The position numbers and the translations under genes were made by a program. The notes under the pieces were generated by a model, which was not told where the DNA came from, searched no databases, and was given only the letters and a program-made list of their open reading frames with translations. Positions 23,036 to 32,166 of a stretch of DNA of 64,000 nt are shown in pieces. The stretch spans positions 2,688,001 through 2,752,000 of the forward strand of contig OZ243956.1 in the NCBI GenBank assembly GCA_965214405.1, written 5' to 3'. Each line of letters opens with the position of its first letter. Position 1 is the stretch's first letter. The stretch is from Trueperaceae bacterium. Lineage in GTDB: Bacteria; Deinococcota; Deinococci; Deinococcales; Trueperaceae.

Positions 23036-23201
23036 TTTAGTGCCGTGTACCGCTGTGGGAGGTGACGCCCTAAGTTACTAATTTTGCAGAGAAATTTGTA
23101 AGGGTAATCCCCTCCAAGAGCGCCAGTAGACACCCGTAACCGGTACTTGCCTCTTCTCATCCGATCTCTTTTCGCTCCGTCCAGTTTAGAAAGGGTAACC
23201 C

Positions 23202-24776
23202 ATGCCTCGTCAACTGCTCGACTATCTTTCCAACCGCTCTGGGTGGACGCGTCCCAAAGCGTGGGCTGCGCTCGCGGCCCTTCTACTCGTTCTCGCCGGT
23301 TGTAGCTTGACGGAAAAGGTGCCTACGGCGTCCACGCCTGAGGGCTTTGTTTTTTCGGTGGACCCGGCGGACGGGCTGGTTACGCTTGCTCGAGGCGGCT
23401 CGAGCGGCCCCGCGCCTCAGAGCGTGCTCCAAAACGACGTAGATTTGACCGCGTCCTATACCTACACGTTTGAGCCGGACAACGTGCTGGTCATCGAAGC
23501 GACGTTTACCAACCTGCTGGGTGACATGAGTTTCGCCCAGCCTTTTTTCTTTATAGTTGACGAGGCCACGACCAATATCCTGAGTTCTGAAGAACCCGAA
23601 GTTACCGACGACGATTTAGGCGGCGACGGCGTTCTGGAACCCGGCGAGACGACGTCGACGCTGACGTTTAAGGTCAAGCACAAGGGCGAGCCGTTTGTCT
23701 ATGTGGTGAACGCCGACGCCCAGAGAACGGTGCGCGAGGTCGGTTTTACGCAGAGCGACGTGCTCGCCTTTGTGAGCCGGTACGTCACGCACGTCGGGGA
23801 GGTGGGCTCCGCCGTCGCCGATGACGTCGGCGTTCGGGCGCTCCTTGCGCCCCTTACCGAGTTAGAGGGCCAGCTCCCCGAGGCTCCGGCTGACTGCGGC
23901 GCGGACGCGTGCCTCCCGCGGGGCGTGTACGACTATGGTGACGGGGCGTTTGGGGGCGAGTGGATGTTTGCCGAGCCCTCGGACGACCTTGTGCTCCGGT
24001 ACACGGTTGACGCTGTGGGTAATGACGTGAGCGGTTCCGTACCCGCCGTGCTGAGCATCGACTGGAACGCGGGCGGCGCGACGTTGGTGCAAAGCGCGCC
24101 GCCGGGGAGTGGACTCAACCCGCCGGACGCTCCCTCGTACACCTATGAGGTGCCGACGGCTCCCGCCCTGTCGCTCACCGTGGACGGCGCGAGCGCCGCG
24201 GCGCTGAGCGCGACGCTGAACTGGGCTGACGGGTGCAGTTTGACGGATATCGGCCTCACCCGCTTCTCCCTGAACGGCTCTGTCGGCATTGACGTGACCG
24301 CGAGTTTTGACAACGTAGGTTTTGTACAGAACAACGGCTCGATCGGCTTTACGGGCACCACCATCCTGGCCTCGGGCGACGACGCGGCCATGTTTAGCGG
24401 TTTCGTGGAACTGGGTTTTGTGAACTTGAGTGAGGACTGCGCCCCTGAACTTTCTTCTTTAGGCCGCGTTGCTTTTTCCCTTAACACCTCCGTGAGGGTC
24501 GGCGGCCTGAGCACGCGTTTGGGCGCATCCCTGAACGCCAACAGCATCGTCACCGAACCGGGACAGGCGTCAGCGGAGGTAGACGGCTTGCTGCGTATCA
24601 ACGACAGAGCCGCCGTGAACGTGCTCGGCACCCTAGACGACGAGAACGGCAACGGCATCCCCGGTGAGAACGTTGGTTTGAGCTTTGCCGACGACAGCAC
24701 CACCACGCTCGAGGCCTTTATAGGACGCTTCATCATGGCCGAAGGGCTGGGTACCCTGTTAAAACTCACCCGCTAG
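23202..24776 (+). CDS. Hypothetical lipoprotein, beta-rich
   Basis: Lipobox LAGC; acidic beta-strand-rich sequence; AAAGGG RBS. Confidence 0.75.
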   Translation: MPRQLLDYLSNRSGWTRPKAWAALAALLLVLAGCSLTEKVPTASTPEGFVFSVDPADGLVTLARGGSSGPAPQSVLQNDVDLTASYTYTFEPDNVLVIEATFTNLLGDMSFAQPFFFIVDEATTNILSSEEPEVTDDDLGGDGVLEPGETTSTLTFKVKHKGEPFVYVVNADAQRTVREVGFTQSDVLAFVSRYVTHVGEVGSAVADDVGVRALLAPLTELEGQLPEAPADCGADACLPRGVYDYGDGAFGGEWMFAEPSDDLVLRYTVDAVGNDVSGSVPAVLSIDWNAGGATLVQSAPPGSGLNPPDAPSYTYEVPTAPALSLTVDGASAAALSATLNWADGCSLTDIGLTRFSLNGSVGIDVTASFDNVGFVQNNGSIGFTGTTILASGDDAAMFSGFVELGFVNLSEDCAPELSSLGRVAFSLNTSVRVGGLSTRLGASLNANSIVTEPGQASAEVDGLLRINDRAAVNVLGTLDDENGNGIPGENVGLSFADDSTTTLEAFIGRFIMAEGLGTLLKLTR

Positions 24777-24865
24777 CCCCCGCATGGGTAGCAAGTTCCC
24801 GCAGTCGCTCCGAAAAAGAGAATTTTCTCTCACCATCTGGTATGCTCATACCAAAGGAGGCAAAG

Positions 24866-25021
24866 ATGAAAAACGAGCGCAACACGCAGGACGTAAACGC
24901 GGCTCCCGAAGCCAAGCCCTTCGAAGAGCCCAAGCTCACCTACCTCACGCCCAAGCTCTCCGAGCGCGGCAACGTGCAGGATGTGACGCTTCAAGGCTTC
25001 TTTGGGTCCTTCTCGCCGTAA
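24866..25021 (+). CDS. RiPP precursor peptide (51 aa), lasso-like leader
   Basis: AAAGGAGG RBS; MKNERNTQDVNAAPEAKPFEEPKLTYLTPKLSERGNVQDVTLQGFFGSFSP*; YxxPxL-x3-G-x5-T leader; not in the ORF track. Confidence 0.85.
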   Translation: MKNERNTQDVNAAPEAKPFEEPKLTYLTPKLSERGNVQDVTLQGFFGSFSP

Positions 25022-25031
25022 GCTGTTCTCA

Positions 25032-26153
25032 ATGTCTAGGCGTAACGAACCCTCAGCCGAAAAAGCTGAGGGTTTTCACACTATTGAGGCTAATGTTGAA
25101 GCTGATGTCAAGGCTGGCTCCCACCCTGACTTTCAGGCTGGGCTCGAGCCCCCTACGTTCGCCTGTACGCTCGGCGGCGTGCCCGTTCAGGTGTCGTGCC
25201 AACCGGAGAGCGCCCGCAGCCTCCGCGCACTTTGGCGGCAGCTTTTCATCCTGGGTGAGGCGGTCCCCGGGGCGGGCGTCCGTTTGCACTTTGGCGCGCG
25301 TCCTCTCACGCCTCCCGAAGGTGAAGAGGTTTACCACGCGCCGCCGCTCCGGGTGCTGAAGACGGGGCGCGGGTTCTTTCTCGCCTGCGGCGCGTCGGCG
25401 CTGGACTTACTCCTTTCAGAGGGTGTCGGTAGCGGCTATCTTGACGAAAAATTTTTCTCCAGAAGCGTTTATCACCAGCGTGAGTTTTTTCTCCTGAGTC
25501 TCCTTATGCTCCTGCGCCCGCGCGGGCGCTACGGCCTTCATGCGAACGGCTTAAAGAGCGAACGGGGGGGCGTCCTCATCATCGGCCAATCGGGCTCCGG
25601 CAAAACGACCCTGACCCTGAGCTTAGCGCGCGCGGGCTGGCGCTACGGCTCGGACGACGCGACGCTGCTTCGTAACGGCGAGGCGGGTGTTCAGGCACTC
25701 GCCCTTCGCCACGGCTTCTCCTGCACCAACGAGACGGTGGCGCGCTTTCCCGAGCTCGCCAAAGCCCCGCTCCTCTACCACGCGCAGGGCAAACGTGTTC
25801 TCGACATCAGCGCCGCCTTTCCGGACGGGTTCGCGCCCTCCTGCCGCCCGCGCCTGCTCCTGTTCCCCAAAGTCGCGCCGCAAGACGTTTCTCAGCTCGA
25901 GCCCGTGAGCCCAACCGACGCGCTGGTCGCGCTCATGCAGGGGAGCGCGGGCATCATGACCGACAAGGCGGTATCAAAGGTGCAGTTGGAGGTTTTGAAA
26001 CGTCTGGTGGAGGGCTCGAGCGCCTACCGCCTTCTCTCGGGACGGGACGTGCTCGAGCGTTCCCAGACCGTGTCCGAAATCCTTCAGGATATATTGCAGT
26101 CACAAACCCAGCGTCACAAGTCCCCACAGCATCACCCACAGCACCATGAATGA
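25032..26153 (+). CDS. HPr-kinase-like P-loop kinase (putative peptide kinase)
   Basis: LHANGL...GGVLIIGQSGSGKTT...GWRYGSDD: His, Walker A and DD motifs of the HPrK/PEPCK-like fold. Confidence 0.82.
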   Translation: MSRRNEPSAEKAEGFHTIEANVEADVKAGSHPDFQAGLEPPTFACTLGGVPVQVSCQPESARSLRALWRQLFILGEAVPGAGVRLHFGARPLTPPEGEEVYHAPPLRVLKTGRGFFLACGASALDLLLSEGVGSGYLDEKFFSRSVYHQREFFLLSLLMLLRPRGRYGLHANGLKSERGGVLIIGQSGSGKTTLTLSLARAGWRYGSDDATLLRNGEAGVQALALRHGFSCTNETVARFPELAKAPLLYHAQGKRVLDISAAFPDGFAPSCRPRLLLFPKVAPQDVSQLEPVSPTDALVALMQGSAGIMTDKAVSKVQLEVLKRLVEGSSAYRLLSGRDVLERSQTVSEILQDILQSQTQRHKSPQHHPQHHE

Positions 26154-26170
26154 GGCACGAATGAGGCGTC

Positions 26171-27184
26171 ATGGCTAGAATCGTTATCGAACTCACCAAC
26201 CGCTGCAACCTACGCTGTCAGCACTGCTTTTCGGGTCGCCACGGCGGGCGCGACGATATACCGTTAGAGCTTTTGCAAGACGTTCTGGACGGGGCCAAGG
26301 CGCACGGCTTCGACCACCTCACCTTTACCGGCGGCGACCCCACCATCCACCCACATTTCGAGGAGGTGCTGCGCCGCACCTTCCAGGCAGGCTACGAGTT
26401 TTCGTTCGTGACCAACGGCTTTAACTTCACCACCACCTATCCGAAGCTTTTGCCTTACCGCGAACGGTTGTCGCAAATCACCTTTAGCTTGGACGGCGCG
26501 CGCGAAGAGACGCACGACCGGCTGCGCGGGCGCGGGAGTTACCGCAAGGTGCTGGGCGCAATGAGCGTGTGTACGGCGCTGGGCATCTCGTTCTCGAACA
26601 ATATGGTCGTCACCGGGCACAACCGGCACGAGCTGGGCGAGATGGTGGCGCTGGCGACGAGCCTGGGCTCGCGTGGCCTGCGTTTTGGGCACCTCATGCC
26701 CTCGCCCTTAACGACCGCGCAAGACTTTGACCTCTCACCCAAAGAACGTAAAGAGGTCGAGGCGGAAATTTGGGCGCTCAGAGACGCGCACGCGCTGCCC
26801 GTGGCGATGGCCCCCGGTCACCACACCACCTCGCTGTTTCCCTGCGCGCCGCTACATATGCAAGAAATCAACATCGACTGTAAAGGCTTTTTGACCAAAT
26901 GCTGCCACTTGTCGAGCCACGGCGAGGGCGTCGGCAACGGCGACGTGGCGGGAGACTTGCGTACGGTTTCCTTTGCGGAGGCGGTGGGGCGACTAGAAAC
27001 CGCCAACAAGGCGTTTCACAAGGCTAAACTCGAGCGCCTCAAACGCGGCGGCTTTGAAGACGCCGACTTTTTCCCCTGCTGGTACTGCTCGAACGCCTTT
27101 AAGAAGGTGGACTGGCTGGACGCTTTCGAGGCCAATCCCTGGACCCCGCTCCGTTGGGATGCGGAAGCCGAGGCGTCGGCGTAG
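26171..27184 (+). CDS. Radical SAM peptide maturase with Cys-rich SPASM/twitch-like C-terminus
   Basis: ELTNRCNLRCQHC, FTGGDP, TNG, FSLDG...HDRLRG.GSY; C-terminal FPC...DCKG...KCC...FPCWYC. Confidence 0.9.
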   Translation: MARIVIELTNRCNLRCQHCFSGRHGGRDDIPLELLQDVLDGAKAHGFDHLTFTGGDPTIHPHFEEVLRRTFQAGYEFSFVTNGFNFTTTYPKLLPYRERLSQITFSLDGAREETHDRLRGRGSYRKVLGAMSVCTALGISFSNNMVVTGHNRHELGEMVALATSLGSRGLRFGHLMPSPLTTAQDFDLSPKERKEVEAEIWALRDAHALPVAMAPGHHTTSLFPCAPLHMQEINIDCKGFLTKCCHLSSHGEGVGNGDVAGDLRTVSFAEAVGRLETANKAFHKAKLERLKRGGFEDADFFPCWYCSNAFKKVDWLDAFEANPWTPLRWDAEAEASA

Positions 27185-27197
27185 TGGGCGCGTCTAG

Positions 27198-27494
27198 ATG
27201 TTAACGACCACCGTCACACCCCATCCCGACGCGCTCTTTACCGTTCTCCCGGACGGCGCGGTGCTCTTGCACTTAGAAACCAAGGCGCAGTTCAAGCTCA
27301 ACGAAACGGGCGCGCGCGTATGGCAGCTTCTGGTGCAGGGCTTGACGCTCCCCGAGATAAGCCGCCGCCTGAGCACTGAGTATGACGTGACAGAGGCGCA
27401 CGCGCAGGAGAGCGTGAAGGGACTTGTGGACGCGCTCACCGAAGCGCAACTGGTGACTGTAGAGACAACGGAGACAACGTCCTCAGCCCCATAA
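27198..27494 (+). CDS. PqqD-family RiPP recognition element
   Basis: DGAVLLHLETKAQFKLNETGARVWQLL...EISRRLSTEYDV...V..LVDALTEAQLV. Confidence 0.92.
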   Translation: MLTTTVTPHPDALFTVLPDGAVLLHLETKAQFKLNETGARVWQLLVQGLTLPEISRRLSTEYDVTEAHAQESVKGLVDALTEAQLVTVETTETTSSAP

Positions 27495-27701
27495 GTTAAA
27501 CAGGGCTTTTGTCACTAAGTCTTCTTGGGAGGGTTCAAAAAGATGAGCACCAAGGACTGAGACTCAAGTAAGGAGTACCGAGGAAATTTGCAACTCGGTA
27601 CCCGGTACTCGATACTTCTGTCTTTGTTAAGGTAAAAACGCGTTCGATAGCCTTCTTTCTGGCGCCCAGGGCAAGAGCCTAGCCGGTATCTCTAACGTTG
27701 T

Positions 27702-27977
27702 CTAAAAAGTCCAGATGGGTTTCTCGTGATACTGATTGGGCACGCGCTGCTTGTAAAGCGTGATAACTGGGTCGGGCACGTTGCCGACTCGGTTGCCGGG
27801 GGGCATAACGACCGTTGTGCCGTAGACCTCTTCATCAGGATTCGCTACTTCCGTTCTCCCGAGGCTGCAGCCCGCCAACGCCCCCGCCAGCAAGAGAGAC
27901 AGCACCATTGAGGCGAGTCGCCTGCGCTTAACTATCATCTTTGTCGAGTTACCGTTTGTCCGCGTTCTCTGAATCAT
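27702..27977 (-). CDS. Small hypothetical lipoprotein
   Basis: Basic N-region, hydrophobic core, LAGC lipobox; TATAGT 6 nt before ATG. Confidence 0.55.
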   Translation of the reverse strand: MIQRTRTNGNSTKMIVKRRRLASMVLSLLLAGALAGCSLGRTEVANPDEEVYGTTVVMPPGNRVGNVPDPVITLYKQRVPNQYHEKPIWTF

Positions 27978-28034
27978 ATAGCTACTATACCGCCACGCGA
28001 ACGAGAGAATGATGGCGCAGCTTAGGGTGTGAAC

Positions 28035-28068
28035 AAAAAAGACCGACGCTCCGAAGCGTCGGTCTTTT
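28035..28068. terminator. Rho-independent terminator
   Basis: AAAAAA-GACCGACGCT-CCGA-AGCGTCGGTC-TTTT. Confidence 0.85.
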
Positions 28069-28093
28069 CGTAAAAATTTACGAGTAGAAGGGG

Positions 28094-28699
28094 TTACTGC
28101 CCGCCGCTCGCCTGACCTTGGGCGGCCTGAGCGAGATTAGTAATAACCGCACCGACGGCTTGCACCTGCTCTTCAGCCGTGGCGTTGGCCCCTAACCCCG
28201 TGGTACCCGCAACCTCGGCGCCGCCCGTTTCACCCGGCAAGTCGCCTGTGCCGCCCGTGTCGCCTATGGGCGTATCAATCGCGCCACCCGTCGCATCCGC
28301 CTCGAGCGCGTCCTCGTCAACCACACCGACGTCTGTGTTCACTCCGCCCGTGGCATCTGACAGAACACCTGCGTCGCCCGTCTCGCCACCCGTCACGTCT
28401 ACGGGCGTCTCGTCAATCACGCCGCCCGTGTCGCCGCCCGTCACGTCCAGAGGGTCAGCATCAACCGCGCCACCCGTGTCGCCGCCCGTTATGACCTCAA
28501 GTTCGGCGTCTTCTCCGCCGGTCACGGCGTCGTCTACAGGCGTCGTTTCTACGGGTGCAGGGGTTGTTTCTACGGGTGCGGGTGTAGTCTCAGTAGTCGT
28601 GGTGTCGTCGTTGGGTCCGCAACCCGCCGCGACAAGACCCAACAGCGCTGTGAACGCGGCGAGCCGCAAGAGTTTCATAAGTCGTTTGGATGCTTTCAT
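28094..28699 (-). CDS. Low-complexity acidic lipoprotein with TGG repeats
   Basis: AAGGAGG RBS before ATG 28699; AAGC lipobox; ETTPAPV repeats and about 10 TGG motifs. Confidence 0.75.
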   Translation of the reverse strand: MKASKRLMKLLRLAAFTALLGLVAAGCGPNDDTTTTETTPAPVETTPAPVETTPVDDAVTGGEDAELEVITGGDTGGAVDADPLDVTGGDTGGVIDETPVDVTGGETGDAGVLSDATGGVNTDVGVVDEDALEADATGGAIDTPIGDTGGTGDLPGETGGAEVAGTTGLGANATAEEQVQAVGAVITNLAQAAQGQASGGQ

Positions 28700-28963
28700 G
28701 GTGTTCCTCCTTGAGTGGGTTTCTTGTACGTTGGTAGCACGCCGTTCCGATGTTTCGAATGTTTCTGAACTCTCATGTTTCCAAGCAGCATTGTTACCGA
28801 ATGCATTATTGCACAATAGGCACAAACCTCATAGCGAACTATAGCGCGGGCTAAAGTGTGCGGGGGGTGAAAACGGATGAAAAAGGTGAAGGTTGTTTCG
28901 CTGTTGCGCGCGCGCTACCGTAGATTTTGTGCTCGGAAGGACTTCGCGGACACGAAACGGACC

Positions 28964-29305
28964 TTAGACAGTGCGTGGCACCTTAAAAAATCCTTCTTCC
29001 TCGACACCCAGAGCGACCGCTTCTTCGTGCTCGAGCCCCGCGCGCGGCACATCATTGCGGAACACGTTGGCGCTCGAGACGGGCCTGACGAGCTCTTCGA
29101 CGTTCTTAGTGTCGAGAGCCTTGAGGCTCTCGAAAGACTCCAAAATCTTGTTAAGGTCGTGCTTGACGGCCTCTGTTTCGGCGTCATCAAGCTCGAGGCG
29201 GGCGAGCGTCTTGATTTTTTCCATCTCCGCGTCGCTGAGGGTGGGAGTGGCTGACGCATTTTCTGACCTAGCTTCTGGCACGGTTTTCGATACGGTTTCC
29301 GACAT
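28964..29305 (-). CDS. gatC: Asp/Glu-tRNA amidotransferase subunit C
   Basis: LARLEL...LNKILESFESL..LDT.NVE...NVFRND...GFFKVPR. Confidence 0.92.
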   Translation of the reverse strand: MSETVSKTVPEARSENASATPTLSDAEMEKIKTLARLELDDAETEAVKHDLNKILESFESLKALDTKNVEELVRPVSSANVFRNDVPRAGLEHEEAVALGVEEEGFFKVPRTV

Positions 29306-29333
29306 GACAAAAGTGTAACACCCTGCCGCGACG

Positions 29334-30722
29334 CTACTCGACTAACTCCGGCTGAACGCGCCGCAGCATCTCCTCAACACGCGTGACCTTGACGCGGGGC
29401 CGCCCCCCCTTTCGGCCCGCCTCGGTTTCGAAGCGGTCGAGCGCCAGCCAATCTTCAAAGGTCACATATGTTACGCCCTTTGCCCGCAGGAGCGCGCTGA
29501 TGGCGAGCGGATGGGCGGCCTCGGCACTCACGCGCGGTAAGGTAGGAGTGTCCTCCAGAAGTCGCGCCACCGTCTCTACCGCGTCGGCCTTGTTGGTGCC
29601 GATGACCCCGGTGGGACCGCGCTTGGCCCAGCCCGCGACGTATTCCCCCGGCACGACTTCACCCCCAGGTGCGCTTAACACGCGCCCCGCGTCGTTGGGA
29701 ATCACGCCGCGCCGCGCGTCGAAGGGCACGCCGAGCAGCGCGGTGCCCCGGTAGCCTACCGAGCGCAAAACCAGGCCGGTGTCAAGCGTCTCAAACACGC
29801 CCGTACCAACCGCGTTTAAGGTGCCGTTTTCGGTGGGCTCGAGCCTATTACGCTCCAAACGAAGCCCCTCAACCCGCGTTTCGCCTAAAATTCCAACCGG
29901 AGACACGTAAAAGACGAGGTGGAGCCGCCGCGATTTGCCTTGACTCTCTCTGTTGGCAAAGTCGCGCATGATATCGATGTTTTTGCGGATGAGTGGGTCG
30001 CCTGCGATAGAGGCGACGCTTGCGGGGTCGAGCTCGAGGTCCGCCGCGTCCACCACAATGTCGGCCCCCCTCAACTCACCGAGTTCGCGGAGTTCCTTGG
30101 TGGTAAATTTGGCCTGCGCCGGGCCGCGGCGGCCCAACATGACTACGTCTTTGACGCGGCTCTCGGCGAGAGCGTCTAGGGCGTGGTCGGCGATGTCGGT
30201 TTCGTAAAGCTCGTCCACCGACTTTGAGAGGATGCGCGCCACGTCCACCGCGACGTTGCCCATCCCCACCACCGCGACGTTTTCGCTACTCAGGTCGGGG
30301 TCTAAGTCGGCGTAGTCGGGGTGACCGTTGTACCAGGCGACAAACTCGGTGGCTGAAAGCGAGCCCGGCAAATCTTCACCAGGAATGCCTAGCGCGCGGT
30401 CGGTGGGAGAGCCCACGGTGTAGACAACCGCGTCGTAGTGGCGACGCACCGCGGCGTGGTCTAAGTCGCGCCCAAAGGAGACGTTGCCAAAAAAGCGCAG
30501 CCGCGCGTCGGCGAGCGTTTTTTCGTAGAGTTTGGTGACGGTCTTGATTTTTTGGTGGTCGGGGGCGACGCCGTAGCGCACCAAACCGAAAGGGGTCGGC
30601 AGGCGGTCGAAGAGGTCGATATTTACATCTTGGGAGGATTTGAAGAGCGCGTCGGCGGCAAAAAAGCCCGCGGGTCCCGCGCCGATGAGGGCGACGCGGA
30701 GCGGGCGAGGAGGAGTCGTCAT
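29334..30722 (-). CDS. Ferredoxin-NADP+ reductase (FprA/adrenodoxin reductase-like)
   Basis: IGAGPAG, PFGLVRYGVAPDH, FVAWYNGHPD, GMGNVAVD, GWAKRGPTGVIGTNK. Confidence 0.92.
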   Translation of the reverse strand: MTTPPRPLRVALIGAGPAGFFAADALFKSSQDVNIDLFDRLPTPFGLVRYGVAPDHQKIKTVTKLYEKTLADARLRFFGNVSFGRDLDHAAVRRHYDAVVYTVGSPTDRALGIPGEDLPGSLSATEFVAWYNGHPDYADLDPDLSSENVAVVGMGNVAVDVARILSKSVDELYETDIADHALDALAESRVKDVVMLGRRGPAQAKFTTKELRELGELRGADIVVDAADLELDPASVASIAGDPLIRKNIDIMRDFANRESQGKSRRLHLVFYVSPVGILGETRVEGLRLERNRLEPTENGTLNAVGTGVFETLDTGLVLRSVGYRGTALLGVPFDARRGVIPNDAGRVLSAPGGEVVPGEYVAGWAKRGPTGVIGTNKADAVETVARLLEDTPTLPRVSAEAAHPLAISALLRAKGVTYVTFEDWLALDRFETEAGRKGGRPRVKVTRVEEMLRRVQPELVE

Positions 30723-30873
30723 GCTTCATTTTTACCACGTGGGTTTCTCTAAAAAAGGTTCACATGAGCGTTCCAGACTCGTAAAACTTCACTCCCCGTC
30801 GCGTAATTTTTTGTATTCTTTTAGTCGTGCCCTTTGGGGTAAGCGTCCCTGCGGGGCGTGGGTAGGAGACCCT

Positions 30874-32166
30874 TTGTCATATCCAAACCGTGCCGATAAA
30901 CCAGGTGAGTCCGACGCCGCTCGAGCCACCCCCACCCTCGTCGTCCAAAAGTACGGCGGCACCAGCGTGGGCGACTTGGAGCGCATCCGCAAGGTGGCCG
31001 CGCGCGTGCAGCGCGCCGTCGAGAGCGGCAGCAAGGTCGCGGTCACGGTCTCGGCGATGGGCCGCACCACCGACGGGCTCGTCTCGCTTGCCAAGGAGGT
31101 GACCCCCCGCCCGAGCCGCCGCGAGCTGGACCTGCTGATGGCGACGGGTGAGCTTCAGTCTGCCTCGCTTCTGGCGATGATGCTCCAGAGCATGGGCGTC
31201 AAGGCGCGCTCCTTTACAGGGCAGCAGGCGGGCTTTCTGACCGACGGATTTTTTGGCGGCGCGCGCATTTTGGAAGTGGACCCCAAGAGGATGCTGACAG
31301 CCCTGGAAACCGAGGACGTGGTGGTGGTCGCGGGGTTTCAGGGCGCGGACGAATCGGGCAACATCACCACTCTGGGCCGCGGCGGCTCGGACACCACCGC
31401 GGTCGCGGTGGCGGCGGCCTTGGGCGCGGACGAGTGCGAAATCTATACCGATACCGAAGGCGTCTACACCACCGACCCGCACCTCATCCCCGAGGCGACG
31501 AAGCTGGCGCGAATCGACTATGACGAGATGCTCGAGCTCGCCTCTTTAGGTGCCAAGGTGCTCCACCCCAGGAGCGTCTGGTACGCGCGGCGCTACGGTG
31601 TGCGCGTCCACGTGCGCTCGTCTTTTTCGTACAATCCCGGCACCCTGGTAACCAAAGTGATAAAGGAGGAGACGATGGTAACAGACCGGCCCGTCACGGG
31701 CGTGGCGCTCGACCGCAACCACGCGCGCATCAACCTTTTGGGTTTGCCCGACACGCCGGGCGTCGCGGCGGGGCTTTTTGAGGCGCTGGGCCGCGCGGGT
31801 TTGAGCGCGGACATGATCATCCAGGGCGTCCCCGGCGACAACGCGAGCCGCCAGCAGATGGCCTTTACGGTTCATAAGGACACCGTGGCGGAGGCGCTCG
31901 AGGCCGTCCAGCCCGTGCTCGAGAAGCTGGGCGGTCACGCCGAGGTGGATTCCGACATCGCCAAACTTTCCGTCGTGGGCGTCGCCATCGGCTCGACGCC
32001 GGGCGTGGCGGGCACCATGTTCGCCGCGGTCTCGTCGGTGGGGGCCAACATCGAGATGATCACGACGAGCGAGGTGCGTATCTCCGTGGTCATCCCCGCG
32101 ACCCACGCCGAAGAAGCCCTGCGCGCCGTACACGCAGCGTTTGAGCTCGACAAGGTGCCGAGTTAA
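30874..32166 (+). CDS. ask: Aspartate kinase (alpha subunit)
   Basis: AGGAG RBS + TTG 30874; VVQKYGGTSV, TLGRGGSDTTA, two ACT domains. Confidence 0.95.
   Translation: MSYPNRADKPGESDAARATPTLVVQKYGGTSVGDLERIRKVAARVQRAVESGSKVAVTVSAMGRTTDGLVSLAKEVTPRPSRRELDLLMATGELQSASLLAMMLQSMGVKARSFTGQQAGFLTDGFFGGARILEVDPKRMLTALETEDVVVVAGFQGADESGNITTLGRGGSDTTAVAVAAALGADECEIYTDTEGVYTTDPHLIPEATKLARIDYDEMLELASLGAKVLHPRSVWYARRYGVRVHVRSSFSYNPGTLVTKVIKEETMVTDRPVTGVALDRNHARINLLGLPDTPGVAAGLFEALGRAGLSADMIIQGVPGDNASRQQMAFTVHKDTVAEALEAVQPVLEKLGGHAEVDSDIAKLSVVGVAIGSTPGVAGTMFAAVSSVGANIEMITTSEVRISVVIPATHAEEALRAVHAAFELDKVPS
31675..32166 (+). CDS. Aspartate kinase beta subunit (in-frame internal start)
   Basis: Internal AAAGGAGGAG RBS before in-frame ATG 31675, just ahead of the ACT domains. 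Confidence 0.75.
   Translation: MVTDRPVTGVALDRNHARINLLGLPDTPGVAAGLFEALGRAGLSADMIIQGVPGDNASRQQMAFTVHKDTVAEALEAVQPVLEKLGGHAEVDSDIAKLSVVGVAIGSTPGVAGTMFAAVSSVGANIEMITTSEVRISVVIPATHAEEALRAVHAAFELDKVPS

Noticed and set aside
24784..25359. 191-aa ORF from the track
   Set aside because: Overlaps the RBS-supported precursor and the kinase in other frames; no recognisable motif.
24866..27494. Classical lasso peptide or PQQ biosynthesis cluster
   Set aside because: No cyclase or B2 peptidase and no Asp/Glu ring acceptor in the core; no pqqB/C and no ExxxY motif in the peptide.
28179..28844. 221-aa Ser/Pro/Val-rich + strand ORF
   Set aside because: Antisense mirror of the TGG-repeat lipoprotein, which has the RBS, lipobox and terminator.
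30640..30873. N-terminal extension of aspartate kinase in the ORF track
   Set aside because: Overlaps the divergent FNR start; an SD plus TTG at 30874 gives a near-normal length protein.
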